Sequence record: MT586120.1
Direction: 5' to 3' (one strand)
DNA length: 64,000 bases
The position numbers were made by a program, and so were the translations under genes. Numbering within the stretch: position 1 is the stretch's first letter; each line of letters begins with the position of its first letter. Below are positions 1-8,833 of this stretch, piece by piece. Under the pieces are notes generated by a model, which saw only the letters and a program-made list of their open reading frames with translations, did no database searches and was not told where the DNA came from.

Positions 1-2
1 GA

Positions 3-998
3 GAGGATGTTTTTGATATAGATCTTCCTGAAATAAATTATTCTTTCGATTCTGTTTTTGCAGAACTTAAGGGTGAGTTGAAGGAAGGTAGTATCAGAAA
101 CTCCAAAAAAATTAAAAAGCGGGCACCACCCAAGCCAAAGAAAACTGTAGTAGAGCAAAAACATACCTTACGTAGTGTAGAAGATATTGCATCTAAGTTG
201 GATAGGCTTGAAAGAACGCATCCAACTATAACTGAAAACACAAATGATCCATTAGCATTATCCAACACTCCCGAGTATATGACTCAAAGGGAGTTTCAGA
301 AGCATTATAAGTTACTATTAGATCGCGTACAGATACAGTTAGGTTCATTAGGTGGCGGTGGTGCTGTTGCTATCCGAGATATGGAGGATGTTGAAACAGC
401 TTTCATAACGGATCCAGCAACATTAGATGGCGCAACGATGAAGATGCGCTATAACTCAACTCAAAAAGTATTGGAGTTTTATGGTGATAATACTACATTA
501 TTAGATCAAAGAACTATATCTGGTACGGCAGATATTAATGTTAATTTCCTCAATAATAATTTTGAAATTTCATTGAGTGAGAGTATAACACTTCCAGGTA
601 CACTTAATACCATTGGAATCACCTCATTAGCTTCAAGTGGTGCAGATACTAATATTGGTGGAGATATTCTAGTAACAGGAATGGCAAAAGCTACTAAATT
701 TACTACAACTTCAGATGAAAGATTAAAAACTAATATTGCAAAGATTGAAGATCCACTTGAGGTTATTTCACATCTTGAGGGTGTTAAGTTTAACTGGATT
801 TCTGATGGTAGTGATGATGTTGGACTAATCGCTCAGGATGTTGAGAGGTGTTTACCTGAAGCTGTTACAGAACATAAAGATGTTAAGAGTGTTAATTACA
901 ATGGGGTAGTAGGATTGCTTGTGGAATCTGTTAAGGAGTTGTCGAAAGATAATCAATTACTGAGGATGGAGATTGAATCATTAAAGAGAAGACTCTGA
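3..998 (+). CDS. Virion/tail-fibre-associated protein with C-terminal S74 intramolecular chaperone domain; 5' truncated by the window edge
   Basis: Frame is open from base 3 (EDVFDIDLPE...). C-terminal TSDERLKTNI...LEGVKFNW...VGLIAQDVE...VNYNGVVGLLVESVKEL is the S74 chaperone signature. Confidence 0.75.
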   Translation, partial: EDVFDIDLPEINYSFDSVFAELKGELKEGSIRNSKKIKKRAPPKPKKTVVEQKHTLRSVEDIASKLDRLERTHPTITENTNDPLALSNTPEYMTQREFQKHYKLLLDRVQIQLGSLGGGGAVAIRDMEDVETAFITDPATLDGATMKMRYNSTQKVLEFYGDNTTLLDQRTISGTADINVNFLNNNFEISLSESITLPGTLNTIGITSLASSGADTNIGGDILVTGMAKATKFTTTSDERLKTNIAKIEDPLEVISHLEGVKFNWISDGSDDVGLIAQDVERCLPEAVTEHKDVKSVNYNGVVGLLVESVKELSKDNQLLRMEIESLKRRL

Positions 999-1010
999 TA
1001 TACATATTTT

Positions 1011-1018
1011 TATAAATA
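1011..1018 (+). promoter_or_regulatory. T4-type late promoter TATAAATA
   Basis: Exact gp55 late consensus upstream of the tail-fibre gene. Further exact copies at 7494, 7617, 22947, 24910, 25329, 31462, 54392, 55987 and 62045; relaxed CTAAATA copies at 3490, 33124 and 34798. Confidence 0.75.
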
Positions 1019-1100
1019 TTAACCGTATTCCCATGTTTAATTGGGGGGAATATGCTACATCATGTGTACGTACTCGTGTAGTGTATAAAAGAAGGTAAAG

Positions 1101-3440
1101 ATGTCATACGAAATTAACGAAGTCGTCATTATTGACGGAAGTCGTAATATTGTAAACGCTGGTGTTGGTACTTTTACTAAAGTTCACCCAGCAGAATTAG
1201 AAGTTGGAACCTCAGGACTAGCTATCTCTGATGTTCTAAACGAGACAGATCTAAGTAGTGATAGTGCATCAGCACTACCTACCCAACACGCCGTTAAGGC
1301 ATATGTTGATGCTGCAATCTCAACTGTTCAGTCAGATATAGATGCTAATGAACTAGCTTCCGACAACGCAGAATCTGCTTTGTCTGGTCGTCTAGACACT
1401 CTAGAAGCTGATCCAACAACAGCAACTGCTCTAGCAGCAGTTCAGGCTGATGTGGATGCCAATGAACTAGCTTCCGATAATGCTGAATCAGCATTGTCTG
1501 GTCGCCTAGACACCCTTGAGGCTGATCCAACAACTCAGACTCTATTGACTGCCGAGGCAAGTGCCCGCACTAGTGCGGATTCAGCATTGTCTGGTCGCCT
1601 AGACACCCTTGAGGCTGATCCAACAACTCAGACTCTATTGACTGCCGAGGCAACTACTAGAGCTTCTGCAGATGCGTCCGAGACTTCAGCTCGTCAAGTT
1701 GCAGATAATGCACTTTCTGGTCGCCTAGACACACTTGAGGCAGATCCAACAACCCAAACATTGTTGGATAGCGAAGCATCTACTCGCTCCGCTGCTGATG
1801 TTCTATTGAATGCGGCAGTTAGTAATGCTAATCTAGCTATTGCTGCTAACGAAGATCATATTGATAACCTAGCCACACTTTCTGGTGTTGCTAAAGATGC
1901 AGAAAATCTTGGTTCCTTCACTGGTTCCACGATTTCTGATAACATCACAATCAAAGCTGCTCTACAAGATCTAGAGACTGGTGTTGATAACGCTCTTGGT
2001 GGTGGCGCTGCTGCTTCTTCTGTAGAGACAGTCACACTATCTACTGATGCTACTCACTATCTAACGTTTGTTAACGCAGACAACGGTACAGGCACTCAGG
2101 AGAATCTCTATACCGATGCTGGTATCCAGTACAACCCATCATCCGACATTCTAACTGTTGGTGAAGTTGTTATCTCAGGTAACCTAACCGTTAATGGTAC
2201 TCAAACCATTTTCGATACTACGGTTATTCAGGCACAGGATAAGAACATCACTCTTGGTGTTACTACTGCTCCTACTGATGCTGGTGCAGACGGTGGTGGT
2301 TTGACCCTTATGGGAACCACTAACAAGACCTTTAACTGGATCAATGCAACTGATGCTTTCACAGCTTCAGAGCACATCAGCATTGCTGCTGGTAAGGAGT
2401 ATCGTATCGATGGCGTTAAAGTTATCGAGTCCGGCGCTCTAGGTGCATCCATTGTTAGTTCATCACTACAGACTGTTGGAACTCTTGCTAGTCTAACTGT
2501 TTCTGGTGATATTACAGCTAATGGAAACATCACTGGTGATAACTTTACAGATATCACTGGCATCAGAACGATGCACTCTCAGTTCATTACGATTGATAAT
2601 GTCAATCTAACTGCTAGTGCTACTGAGCTTAACTATCTAGATGGCTCCACTCCAGGTGCTGCAACTGCTGGTAATGCAGTAGTACTAGACTCTAGTAAAG
2701 ATGTAACTGGTATCAACCAGCTACAGGCTACTTCACTAGTTGGTGAGCTTACAGGTAATGCTGATTCTTCTGATCAGGTTAAGACAGTAAGAGTCACCAC
2801 AAATAGTGCTCACTATCTAACTTTCGTTGATGGTGATAATAGTAGTCAGACTAATGAGGAACTAAACACCTCACTACTAGCAACCTTCAATCCTTCTGAC
2901 GGTAGCCTAGTAGCTAACAAGCTAACTGCATCTAGCAACTTCTACCTAGGTCTAACCGAGGTTACTGCTAGCGGAACCGAGCTAAACTACCTAGATGGCT
3001 CACTAACCGGAACCGCAGTTGCTTCCAAGGCAGTTGTTCTAGATGCTAGCAAGGACATCGCAGGTATCAATAACATTGATATCGCTGGTGACCTAGTTGG
3101 TGATGGCGCATCTAACATCAGTGGTATCAACACAGTTACTGCTGCTGGTAAGATGTATGCTCTATCATACACCTCTACTTCTGACGCTTCCCTAAAGGAA
3201 AACGTTGAGAAGATTGAAGGTGCTGTTGAGAAAGTTGAAGCCATCCGTGGTGTAACTTTCGACTGGAAAGATGGTTCTGGCTCTACTGCTGGTATCATCG
3301 CTCAAGAAGTTGAAGCAGTAATGCCGATGCTAGTTGAGAGTGGCGAGATCAAGCGCGTTGATTACAACGGGTTAGTCGGTCTTCTTATTGAAGCCGTCAA
3401 GGAACTCTCTGCTGAAGTCAAAGAGCTAAAAGCTAACTGA
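1101..3440 (+). CDS. Tail fibre protein with S74 chaperone domain
   Basis: 779 aa, Ala/Thr/Ser/Gly-rich, with internal repeats; C-terminal TSDASLKENV...IRGVTFDW...GIIAQEVE...VDYNGLVGLLIEAVKEL. Confidence 0.8.
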   Translation: MSYEINEVVIIDGSRNIVNAGVGTFTKVHPAELEVGTSGLAISDVLNETDLSSDSASALPTQHAVKAYVDAAISTVQSDIDANELASDNAESALSGRLDTLEADPTTATALAAVQADVDANELASDNAESALSGRLDTLEADPTTQTLLTAEASARTSADSALSGRLDTLEADPTTQTLLTAEATTRASADASETSARQVADNALSGRLDTLEADPTTQTLLDSEASTRSAADVLLNAAVSNANLAIAANEDHIDNLATLSGVAKDAENLGSFTGSTISDNITIKAALQDLETGVDNALGGGAAASSVETVTLSTDATHYLTFVNADNGTGTQENLYTDAGIQYNPSSDILTVGEVVISGNLTVNGTQTIFDTTVIQAQDKNITLGVTTAPTDAGADGGGLTLMGTTNKTFNWINATDAFTASEHISIAAGKEYRIDGVKVIESGALGASIVSSSLQTVGTLASLTVSGDITANGNITGDNFTDITGIRTMHSQFITIDNVNLTASATELNYLDGSTPGAATAGNAVVLDSSKDVTGINQLQATSLVGELTGNADSSDQVKTVRVTTNSAHYLTFVDGDNSSQTNEELNTSLLATFNPSDGSLVANKLTASSNFYLGLTEVTASGTELNYLDGSLTGTAVASKAVVLDASKDIAGINNIDIAGDLVGDGASNISGINTVTAAGKMYALSYTSTSDASLKENVEKIEGAVEKVEAIRGVTFDWKDGSGSTAGIIAQEVEAVMPMLVESGEIKRVDYNGLVGLLIEAVKELSAEVKELKAN
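1341..1760 (+). repeat. Intragenic tandem repeats encoding LSGRLDTLEADPTT (four copies)
   Basis: About 70 nt identical at 1491-1560 and 1584-1653 (93-nt period); near-identical DANELASDNAESA unit at 1341 and 1455 (114-nt period). Confidence 0.9.
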
Positions 3441-3460
3441 TATTAGTTCAGTTTAATTCT

Positions 3461-3486
3461 AGACTCCCTTCGGGGGGTCTTTTTTT
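3461..3486 (+). terminator. Rho-independent terminator
   Basis: AGACTCCC-TTCG-GGGGGTCT followed by a T-tract. Confidence 0.85.
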
Positions 3487-3526
3487 ATGCTAAATAATAC
3501 TGTGAAGAAAATATAATTCTCTAAAA

Positions 3527-4579
3527 ATGACGATTGTAAATACAACTTTTCGAGCTTTTGTAGAAAAGCTTGGTGATACAGAAGCAGCTACTTTTATTGG
3601 TAATGAAGGTGACTTATTTTATGACCCTAATACAGCATCACTAAGAGTTTCTGATGGTACCACTCCTGGTGGAGTTGCTGTTACTGGAGTAACCACAGTT
3701 TCTGGTCCAATTCAATCCAGCCTTATTCCAGATTCTGACGGCACACTTGACCTTGGATCACCCACCAATCAGTGGAGAGATATCTACGCAACTGGAAATA
3801 CACTATATCTTGGCGGTACTGCGGTTTCTGCTAATGCTAGTACTCTAGCTGTTGATGGTGAAGATCTAGCAAAGACCAGCGAAGTCCAGGAGATTGCTTC
3901 TTCGGACGCTAGTGCTTCTAGACTAATCGTCAATACTGACCGTCGCGTATATACCGACGCAACTCCTGGAGCCATCAACCCCAACGCAAACTCTGGTGGT
4001 TGGTATCATAGAACTACTGCTGGTAGCTACATCCGTTGGAACTTCTGGACACCCAAGCCCAATGCTGAAGGTGAAGCAGTTGGTTTGCTAGGTAATCTAC
4101 AGAGTGGTTGGTGTCTATTTACTCCTTGGTCTGCTAATACAACATATCCATACTTCCAGTTCTACACTGCACCTAAAGCAGCTTTGGGTAATGAAGAGAC
4201 CTGGTACCGTTCTAAAGTCACATACTCTAGGGCACCTGAGGCACATACACCAGGCACACCCGTACTATTGTACTTTGGTGTAGATCCTACTGATGTATTC
4301 CCTGGTGTTCCTCGTAGAGAGATGACGCTTGATCCATTGAATACCGCAGGTCCACAGGCTGCTGATGAGTTTATCTATTCTTCATATCTCAGCACCTCAA
4401 CGGGACTACCTGATGGTGACCTAGACTTCTCAACAGTTGGCGTTGGATTTAGATATGATGGTAAGAACTTTGGTTACAGCTTGTATGCTGTTCCCGAAGA
4501 TACTGGTCTTACAGCAACAGAGGTTATTGCTGGCAGAACTTTAGAAATTGTTAACGGTCAAATCATTTCAGTTACCTGA
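3527..4579 (+). CDS. Putative tail-fibre/structural protein with Mtd_N-like N-terminus
   Basis: FIGNEGDLFYDPNTASLRVSDGTTPGG N-terminal motif; IPDSDGTLDLGSPTNQWRDIY fibre motif; late promoter upstream. Confidence 0.5.
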   Translation: MTIVNTTFRAFVEKLGDTEAATFIGNEGDLFYDPNTASLRVSDGTTPGGVAVTGVTTVSGPIQSSLIPDSDGTLDLGSPTNQWRDIYATGNTLYLGGTAVSANASTLAVDGEDLAKTSEVQEIASSDASASRLIVNTDRRVYTDATPGAINPNANSGGWYHRTTAGSYIRWNFWTPKPNAEGEAVGLLGNLQSGWCLFTPWSANTTYPYFQFYTAPKAALGNEETWYRSKVTYSRAPEAHTPGTPVLLYFGVDPTDVFPGVPRREMTLDPLNTAGPQAADEFIYSSYLSTSTGLPDGDLDFSTVGVGFRYDGKNFGYSLYAVPEDTGLTATEVIAGRTLEIVNGQIISVT

Positions 4580-4615
4580 TACTGTGCTATTATACGGGAA
4601 GCGAAAGCAACCCAT

Positions 4616-5140
4616 ATGAATATCTTTTGTACCGAACAGGATCCTAGGGGAAGTGCCCTAGTACTTCCAGACAAGCATATCGTCAAGATGCCTCTTGAAT
4701 GCTGTCAGATGGTATCTGTGATTTACTCACATTGGTACCGTGACTGCGGTCAAGTCTTCAAGGCTGATGGAACCCCATACAAAACAACGGGAGGTTTTCG
4801 TAACCACCCCTGTACTGTATGGGCTTCTTTATGCGATGAAAACCTAGCGTGGCTCATCGCACACGGTCACGCTCTATGTGCCGAGTATACCCACCGCTAC
4901 GGTAAGCATCACGCCTGTGAGAAGTCCCTGATCGGCGCAGAAGAAGTTTTTGTTAGGACCACAGGTAAGCCAATTACGTGCTATAATGGGGCACGTGGGT
5001 TCGCCCGTGCTATGCCTGATGAGTTCAAGCTAGACCAATCAATCTCTACCTTTGAGGCATACAAGATGTATATCTCCTCAAAGCCCTGGGTCTCAGCCAA
5101 CTATCTCCGCAAACCTGAACGCAAGCCCTCATGGGTTTGA
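4616..5140 (+). CDS. Pyrimidine-dimer DNA glycosylase (DenV)-like protein
   Basis: MNIF...LPDKHIVKMPLECCQM and HPCTVW motifs typical of this cyanophage family. Confidence 0.55.
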   Translation: MNIFCTEQDPRGSALVLPDKHIVKMPLECCQMVSVIYSHWYRDCGQVFKADGTPYKTTGGFRNHPCTVWASLCDENLAWLIAHGHALCAEYTHRYGKHHACEKSLIGAEEVFVRTTGKPITCYNGARGFARAMPDEFKLDQSISTFEAYKMYISSKPWVSANYLRKPERKPSWV

Positions 5141-5161
5141 TTACTTTATTATCTTTTTATT

Positions 5162-6112
5162 ATGAGAGAACGCACTGACTTCATTTGGACCGAAAAATAT
5201 CGCCCACAGAAGATCGATGACTGCATCCTCCCCGACAACATCAAAGCAACATTCAAGCAGTTTGTAGAGAAGGGAGAGATCCCTAACCTATTACTTGCTG
5301 GTCCTCCTGGTGTTGGTAAAACAACCATCGCCAAGGCACTTTGTAATGAGATTGGTGCTGATTATTATGTGATCAACGGCTCTGATGAAGGTCGCTTCCT
5401 TGATACTGTCCGCAACCAAGCCAAGAACTTCGCTTCCACTATGTCTTTGACTAGTGAAGCCAAGCACAAGGTCATCATCATTGATGAGGCAGACAATACG
5501 GGCAACGATGTTCAGCTCCTTCTACGTGCAAATATTGAGGCATTCCAAAAAAACTGTCGCTTTATCTTTACTTGTAACTACAAGAACAAGATTATTGAGC
5601 CCCTCCACAGTCGCTGTGCTGTCGTTGAGTTTAGCCTCAAGGGTAAAGACAAGCAGCAGGTTGCTGCTGCCTTCTTCAAGCGCCTCACAGGCATCTTAGA
5701 GCAGGAACGTATTGAGGCAGAGCCCAAGGTTCTAGCCGAGTTAGTCCAAAAGCACTTCCCAGACTTCCGCCGTGTCCTCAATGAGGTTCAGCGTTATTCT
5801 TCTGGCGGTAAGATTGACTCTGGTATTCTCGCTTCATTCTCCGAGATCAAGGTTGAGGATCTTATGCGGGATCTTAAGTCAAGTAACTTTACCGAAGTCC
5901 GTAAGTGGGTTGTCTCTAATCTAGACAACGATACAAATGCTATTCTCCGTAAGGTATATGATGCCTTGTATTCCCACCTTCAAGGACCATCTATCGCTGC
6001 TGCTGTTCTCATTATTGCGAAATATCAATATCAAAGTAGCTTTGTTGCTGACCAGGAAATCAACCTCCTAGCAGCTCTAACTGAAATTATGATCGAGTGT
6101 GAATTCTCATGA
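5162..6112 (+). CDS. g44: Clamp loader large subunit gp44
   Basis: WTEKYRPQ, Walker A GPPGVGKT, Walker B IIDEAD, and SRC motif. Confidence 0.97.
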   Translation: MRERTDFIWTEKYRPQKIDDCILPDNIKATFKQFVEKGEIPNLLLAGPPGVGKTTIAKALCNEIGADYYVINGSDEGRFLDTVRNQAKNFASTMSLTSEAKHKVIIIDEADNTGNDVQLLLRANIEAFQKNCRFIFTCNYKNKIIEPLHSRCAVVEFSLKGKDKQQVAAAFFKRLTGILEQERIEAEPKVLAELVQKHFPDFRRVLNEVQRYSSGGKIDSGILASFSEIKVEDLMRDLKSSNFTEVRKWVVSNLDNDTNAILRKVYDALYSHLQGPSIAAAVLIIAKYQYQSSFVADQEINLLAALTEIMIECEFS

Positions 6113-6345
6113 ATACTATTGTTTTATATACTAACGGTGGGCAAGAGTCTGACCGTTGCCGTGATCTACTTATCAGCCTTAATGGTGAGTTTCTAGAATA
6201 TCAACTAGATGAAGACTTCAATGATCGCCAATTCCGATCCGAGTTTGGTGAGAGGGCTGAATACCCACAGGTTGCCGTTGGCTATGAGCACATCGGCGGT
6301 CTAAAAGAAACATTACACTATCTAAAAGAAGAAGGACTTATTTAA
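6109..6345 (+). CDS. Glutaredoxin-like protein lacking CxxC
   Basis: YPQV...HIGGLKETL glutaredoxin C-terminal pattern; overlaps the g44 stop. Confidence 0.6.
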   Translation: MNTIVLYTNGGQESDRCRDLLISLNGEFLEYQLDEDFNDRQFRSEFGERAEYPQVAVGYEHIGGLKETLHYLKEEGLI

Positions 6346-6347
6346 TT

Positions 6348-6641
6348 ATGAACGTAAAACTTATCCGTATGCATTCTGGTGAGGATGTTATTGCCGATCT
6401 AATCAAAGAGCAGGCTGATGAATTGATCATAAACAATCCTATTGTGTTAGTCCCAGGACGAGATGGCACTGTTGGTTTTGCACCTTGGTCCCCAGTAATC
6501 TCCCCTGATGTAAAGGAACTCCGCATTAGGGCAAACTATGTCGTATATGTAACAGATCCAAACGAAGATGTAGTTAGAAACTATAATGAGATCTTCTCTA
6601 CTATTATCACCCCCCAAAACGCAGGTAAAATTATCACATGA
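6348..6641 (+). CDS. Conserved T4-like hypothetical protein
   Basis: VKLIRMHSGEDVIADL pattern; sits in the g44-g62 operon. Confidence 0.7.
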   Translation: MNVKLIRMHSGEDVIADLIKEQADELIINNPIVLVPGRDGTVGFAPWSPVISPDVKELRIRANYVVYVTDPNEDVVRNYNEIFSTIITPQNAGKIIT

Positions 6642-7048
6642 GCATTGATCTCAAAGATTGGCTAAACAGTATCAACCTCTCCAAGGAAAATCTTATTGAT
6701 GAGGATCCTGCTGTTGAGAAAGAGTATCCCCCCTTCATTATCAACAAATGCCTCTCTGGTCAAATGGATTCTCTCATGCAATCTAATGAGATGAATAAGT
6801 TCCCTAACCTAGATAAACGTCTCCAATATGACTTTTTTATAAATAGTCTTAGGAAGAGGAAGAGATTCTCTCCCTGGTTGAGGAAAGATAAGATAAAAAA
6901 CCTAGAAGCAGTGCGTAAGTACTACGGTTTCTCCACCGAAAAGGCAGAACAAGCTTTGAATATCTTATCTAATGAACAACTCGATTACATTTATGAAAAA
7001 CTTAACACAGGGGGATTAAATCCATGCAAACCGACGAGAGGGGGCTAG
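6638..7048 (+). CDS. g62: Clamp loader small subunit gp62
   Basis: LKDWLNSIN, YPPFIINKCLS, LQYDFFINSLRKRKRFSPW. Confidence 0.93.
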   Translation: MSIDLKDWLNSINLSKENLIDEDPAVEKEYPPFIINKCLSGQMDSLMQSNEMNKFPNLDKRLQYDFFINSLRKRKRFSPWLRKDKIKNLEAVRKYYGFSTEKAEQALNILSNEQLDYIYEKLNTGGLNPCKPTRGG

Positions 7049-7446
7049 TATTTTGGGAACCTTCCCAAATGGTAGAAATTTTTCTATCTGAGCCTGACGA
7101 TTTCTTAAAAGTAAGAGAGACACTTACTCGTATTGGTGTTGCTTCTCGTAAAGAGAAGAAAATCTATCAATCATGCCACATTCTACACAAGCAAGGTCGC
7201 TACTTTATTGTACACTTTAAAGAGCTATTTGCTCTTGACGGTAAGCATACCAATATCACTCAAAACGATATTCAAAGACGTAACCGCATCACTAAACTAC
7301 TTTCCGACTGGAACTTAGTTGGGATTGCTAACGAAGATGAGATTCGGGATATTGCACCCCTTAATCAAATCAAAGTTCTCTCATATAAGGAGAAGGGTGA
7401 ATGGATCTTGGAGCCAAAGTATAACATTGGCGGTCGTAGGTCTTGA
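7024..7446 (+). CDS. regA: RegA translational repressor
   Basis: DDFLKVRETLTRIGVASRKEKKIYQSCHILHKQGRYFIVHFKELFALDG. Confidence 0.96.
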   Translation: MQTDERGLVFWEPSQMVEIFLSEPDDFLKVRETLTRIGVASRKEKKIYQSCHILHKQGRYFIVHFKELFALDGKHTNITQNDIQRRNRITKLLSDWNLVGIANEDEIRDIAPLNQIKVLSYKEKGEWILEPKYNIGGRRS

Positions 7447-7574
7447 TACACTAACAAAATACACTAATATATGTAACAAAAAACAATTTCTCTTATAAAT
7501 AATAGTGAGTTTAGGCTCGTGTGTTAAGATAAGTAGAAGTAGGATACCTATATTATTGTTGTTTGTTATTGTGG

Positions 7575-7604
7575 GGGGGGTTCGGATTTCCGAGCCCCCT
7601 TTTT
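7575..7604 (+). terminator. Rho-independent terminator
   Basis: GGGGGGTTCGG-ATTT-CCGAGCCCCC followed by TTTTT. Confidence 0.8.
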
Positions 7605-7678
7605 GATGCTTTAAATTATAAATAGTGGTGGTTGCCTTCGGGGACCAAATACTATATCTCGCTTTCGAGGAGAAACAA

Positions 7679-8104
7679 ATGAAAATGTACGGAGCAGGTG
7701 ATCTCGACAAGTTCGTCAGAGACATCGAAAAATATACCATTGGTATGGATGAATGGCTACATCGAATGGGTGCCGTTCACGAATCAACCCAAAACTATCC
7801 ACCATACAACTTAATCAAAACAAGTAGCATTACTTTCAGATTAGAAGTTGCTTTGGCGGGATTCAAACAAGATGAAGTAAAGGTATTCACTGAAAACAAT
7901 AAGCTATTCGTTGAGGGGCATAGTACCCGCGATGATGAAGCAATTGAATATGTTCATAAAGGTTTAGCTTCTAGGGACTTCACCCGAGTATGGACTATTT
8001 CTGATGATGTTATTATTGAAAATGTAGATTATACGGATGGTGTATTGATTGTTGATTTGAGGAGAGTAATCCCAGATCATCAGAAGCGTAAAGATTGGTT
8101 ATAA
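7679..8104 (+). CDS. hsp20: Small heat-shock protein Hsp20
   Basis: NYPPYNL...LEVALAGF...HKGLASRDFTR...DGVL alpha-crystallin pattern; ATG 7679 follows GAGGAG. Confidence 0.93.
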   Translation: MKMYGAGDLDKFVRDIEKYTIGMDEWLHRMGAVHESTQNYPPYNLIKTSSITFRLEVALAGFKQDEVKVFTENNKLFVEGHSTRDDEAIEYVHKGLASRDFTRVWTISDDVIIENVDYTDGVLIVDLRRVIPDHQKRKDWL

Positions 8105-8129
8105 ATAAAGTATATCGTCGTCGCATAAC

Positions 8130-8179
8130 GGGGGGTCTTGGCAAAAACCAAGGTTGCCCCCTTTTTTATGTGCTATAAT
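8130..8179 (+). terminator. Terminator followed by an extended -10 promoter (TGCTATAAT, 8171-8179)
   Basis: GGGGG..CTTGG-AAAAA-CCAAGG..CCCCC then a T-tract. Confidence 0.7.
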
Positions 8180-8199
8180 GCTATGAGCCACAGAATTTT

Positions 8200-8559
8200 A
8201 TGAATAACGATTATGATAGAGGTGAAGAGCCTCGTTATACTATGACTAGCTTTAATAAGGAGATTTCCCCCATAGAAATTTCAGAACCCATCCCAACAGT
8301 AAGATTGTTACTATTGAAGAGTGGTGAGACTGTTATTAGTATAGTTGAGGAGAGTCTTTGTGGAACTAAACTTACTCTCGTAAATCCACGAATAGTCTTA
8401 ATTGAGTCTGCTGGTGATAATAATACCACTGTGATGTTTGGTGATTGGATGCCTCTAGCACAAAATAGGACTTTTGATATTAGGACGGACTATGTAGTCA
8501 CTTCTACATATCCCCTAGATAGTTTAATTGAAAGCTACTTGGAGAAAGATAATGGATGA
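8200..8559 (+). CDS. Hypothetical protein
   Basis: 119 aa; VRLLLLKSGETVIS pattern resembles the 6348 ORF. Confidence 0.65.
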   Translation: MNNDYDRGEEPRYTMTSFNKEISPIEISEPIPTVRLLLLKSGETVISIVEESLCGTKLTLVNPRIVLIESAGDNNTTVMFGDWMPLAQNRTFDIRTDYVVTSTYPLDSLIESYLEKDNG

Positions 8560-8833
8560 GATGATTAGAGTCCTCCTCTTGAAGGATGGTCGCACCATTG
8601 TGACAAAATTAGAAGAGGTCACAGACCACGACATTGGTGAGCCCGACTGTGTTATGATTGATCCAGTGATTTATGATACCTCTGTTGAGGAATATGTTGA
8701 TGCTCTATCACGCTTTCCTGGGGCAAAGATAACATCAGAAACTAAGATGGCTATCTTATCAGATAACATCCTTACTATGGTTACTCCCGCAACAGCACTC
8801 CTCGCAGAATACCTCGTTACTATTGGTGATTAA
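8552..8833 (+). CDS. Hypothetical protein (ORF track start 8528)
   Basis: IRVLLLKDGRTIVT pattern; stop codon abuts the g43 start. Confidence 0.6.
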   Translation: MDEMIRVLLLKDGRTIVTKLEEVTDHDIGEPDCVMIDPVIYDTSVEEYVDALSRFPGAKITSETKMAILSDNILTMVTPATALLAEYLVTIGD

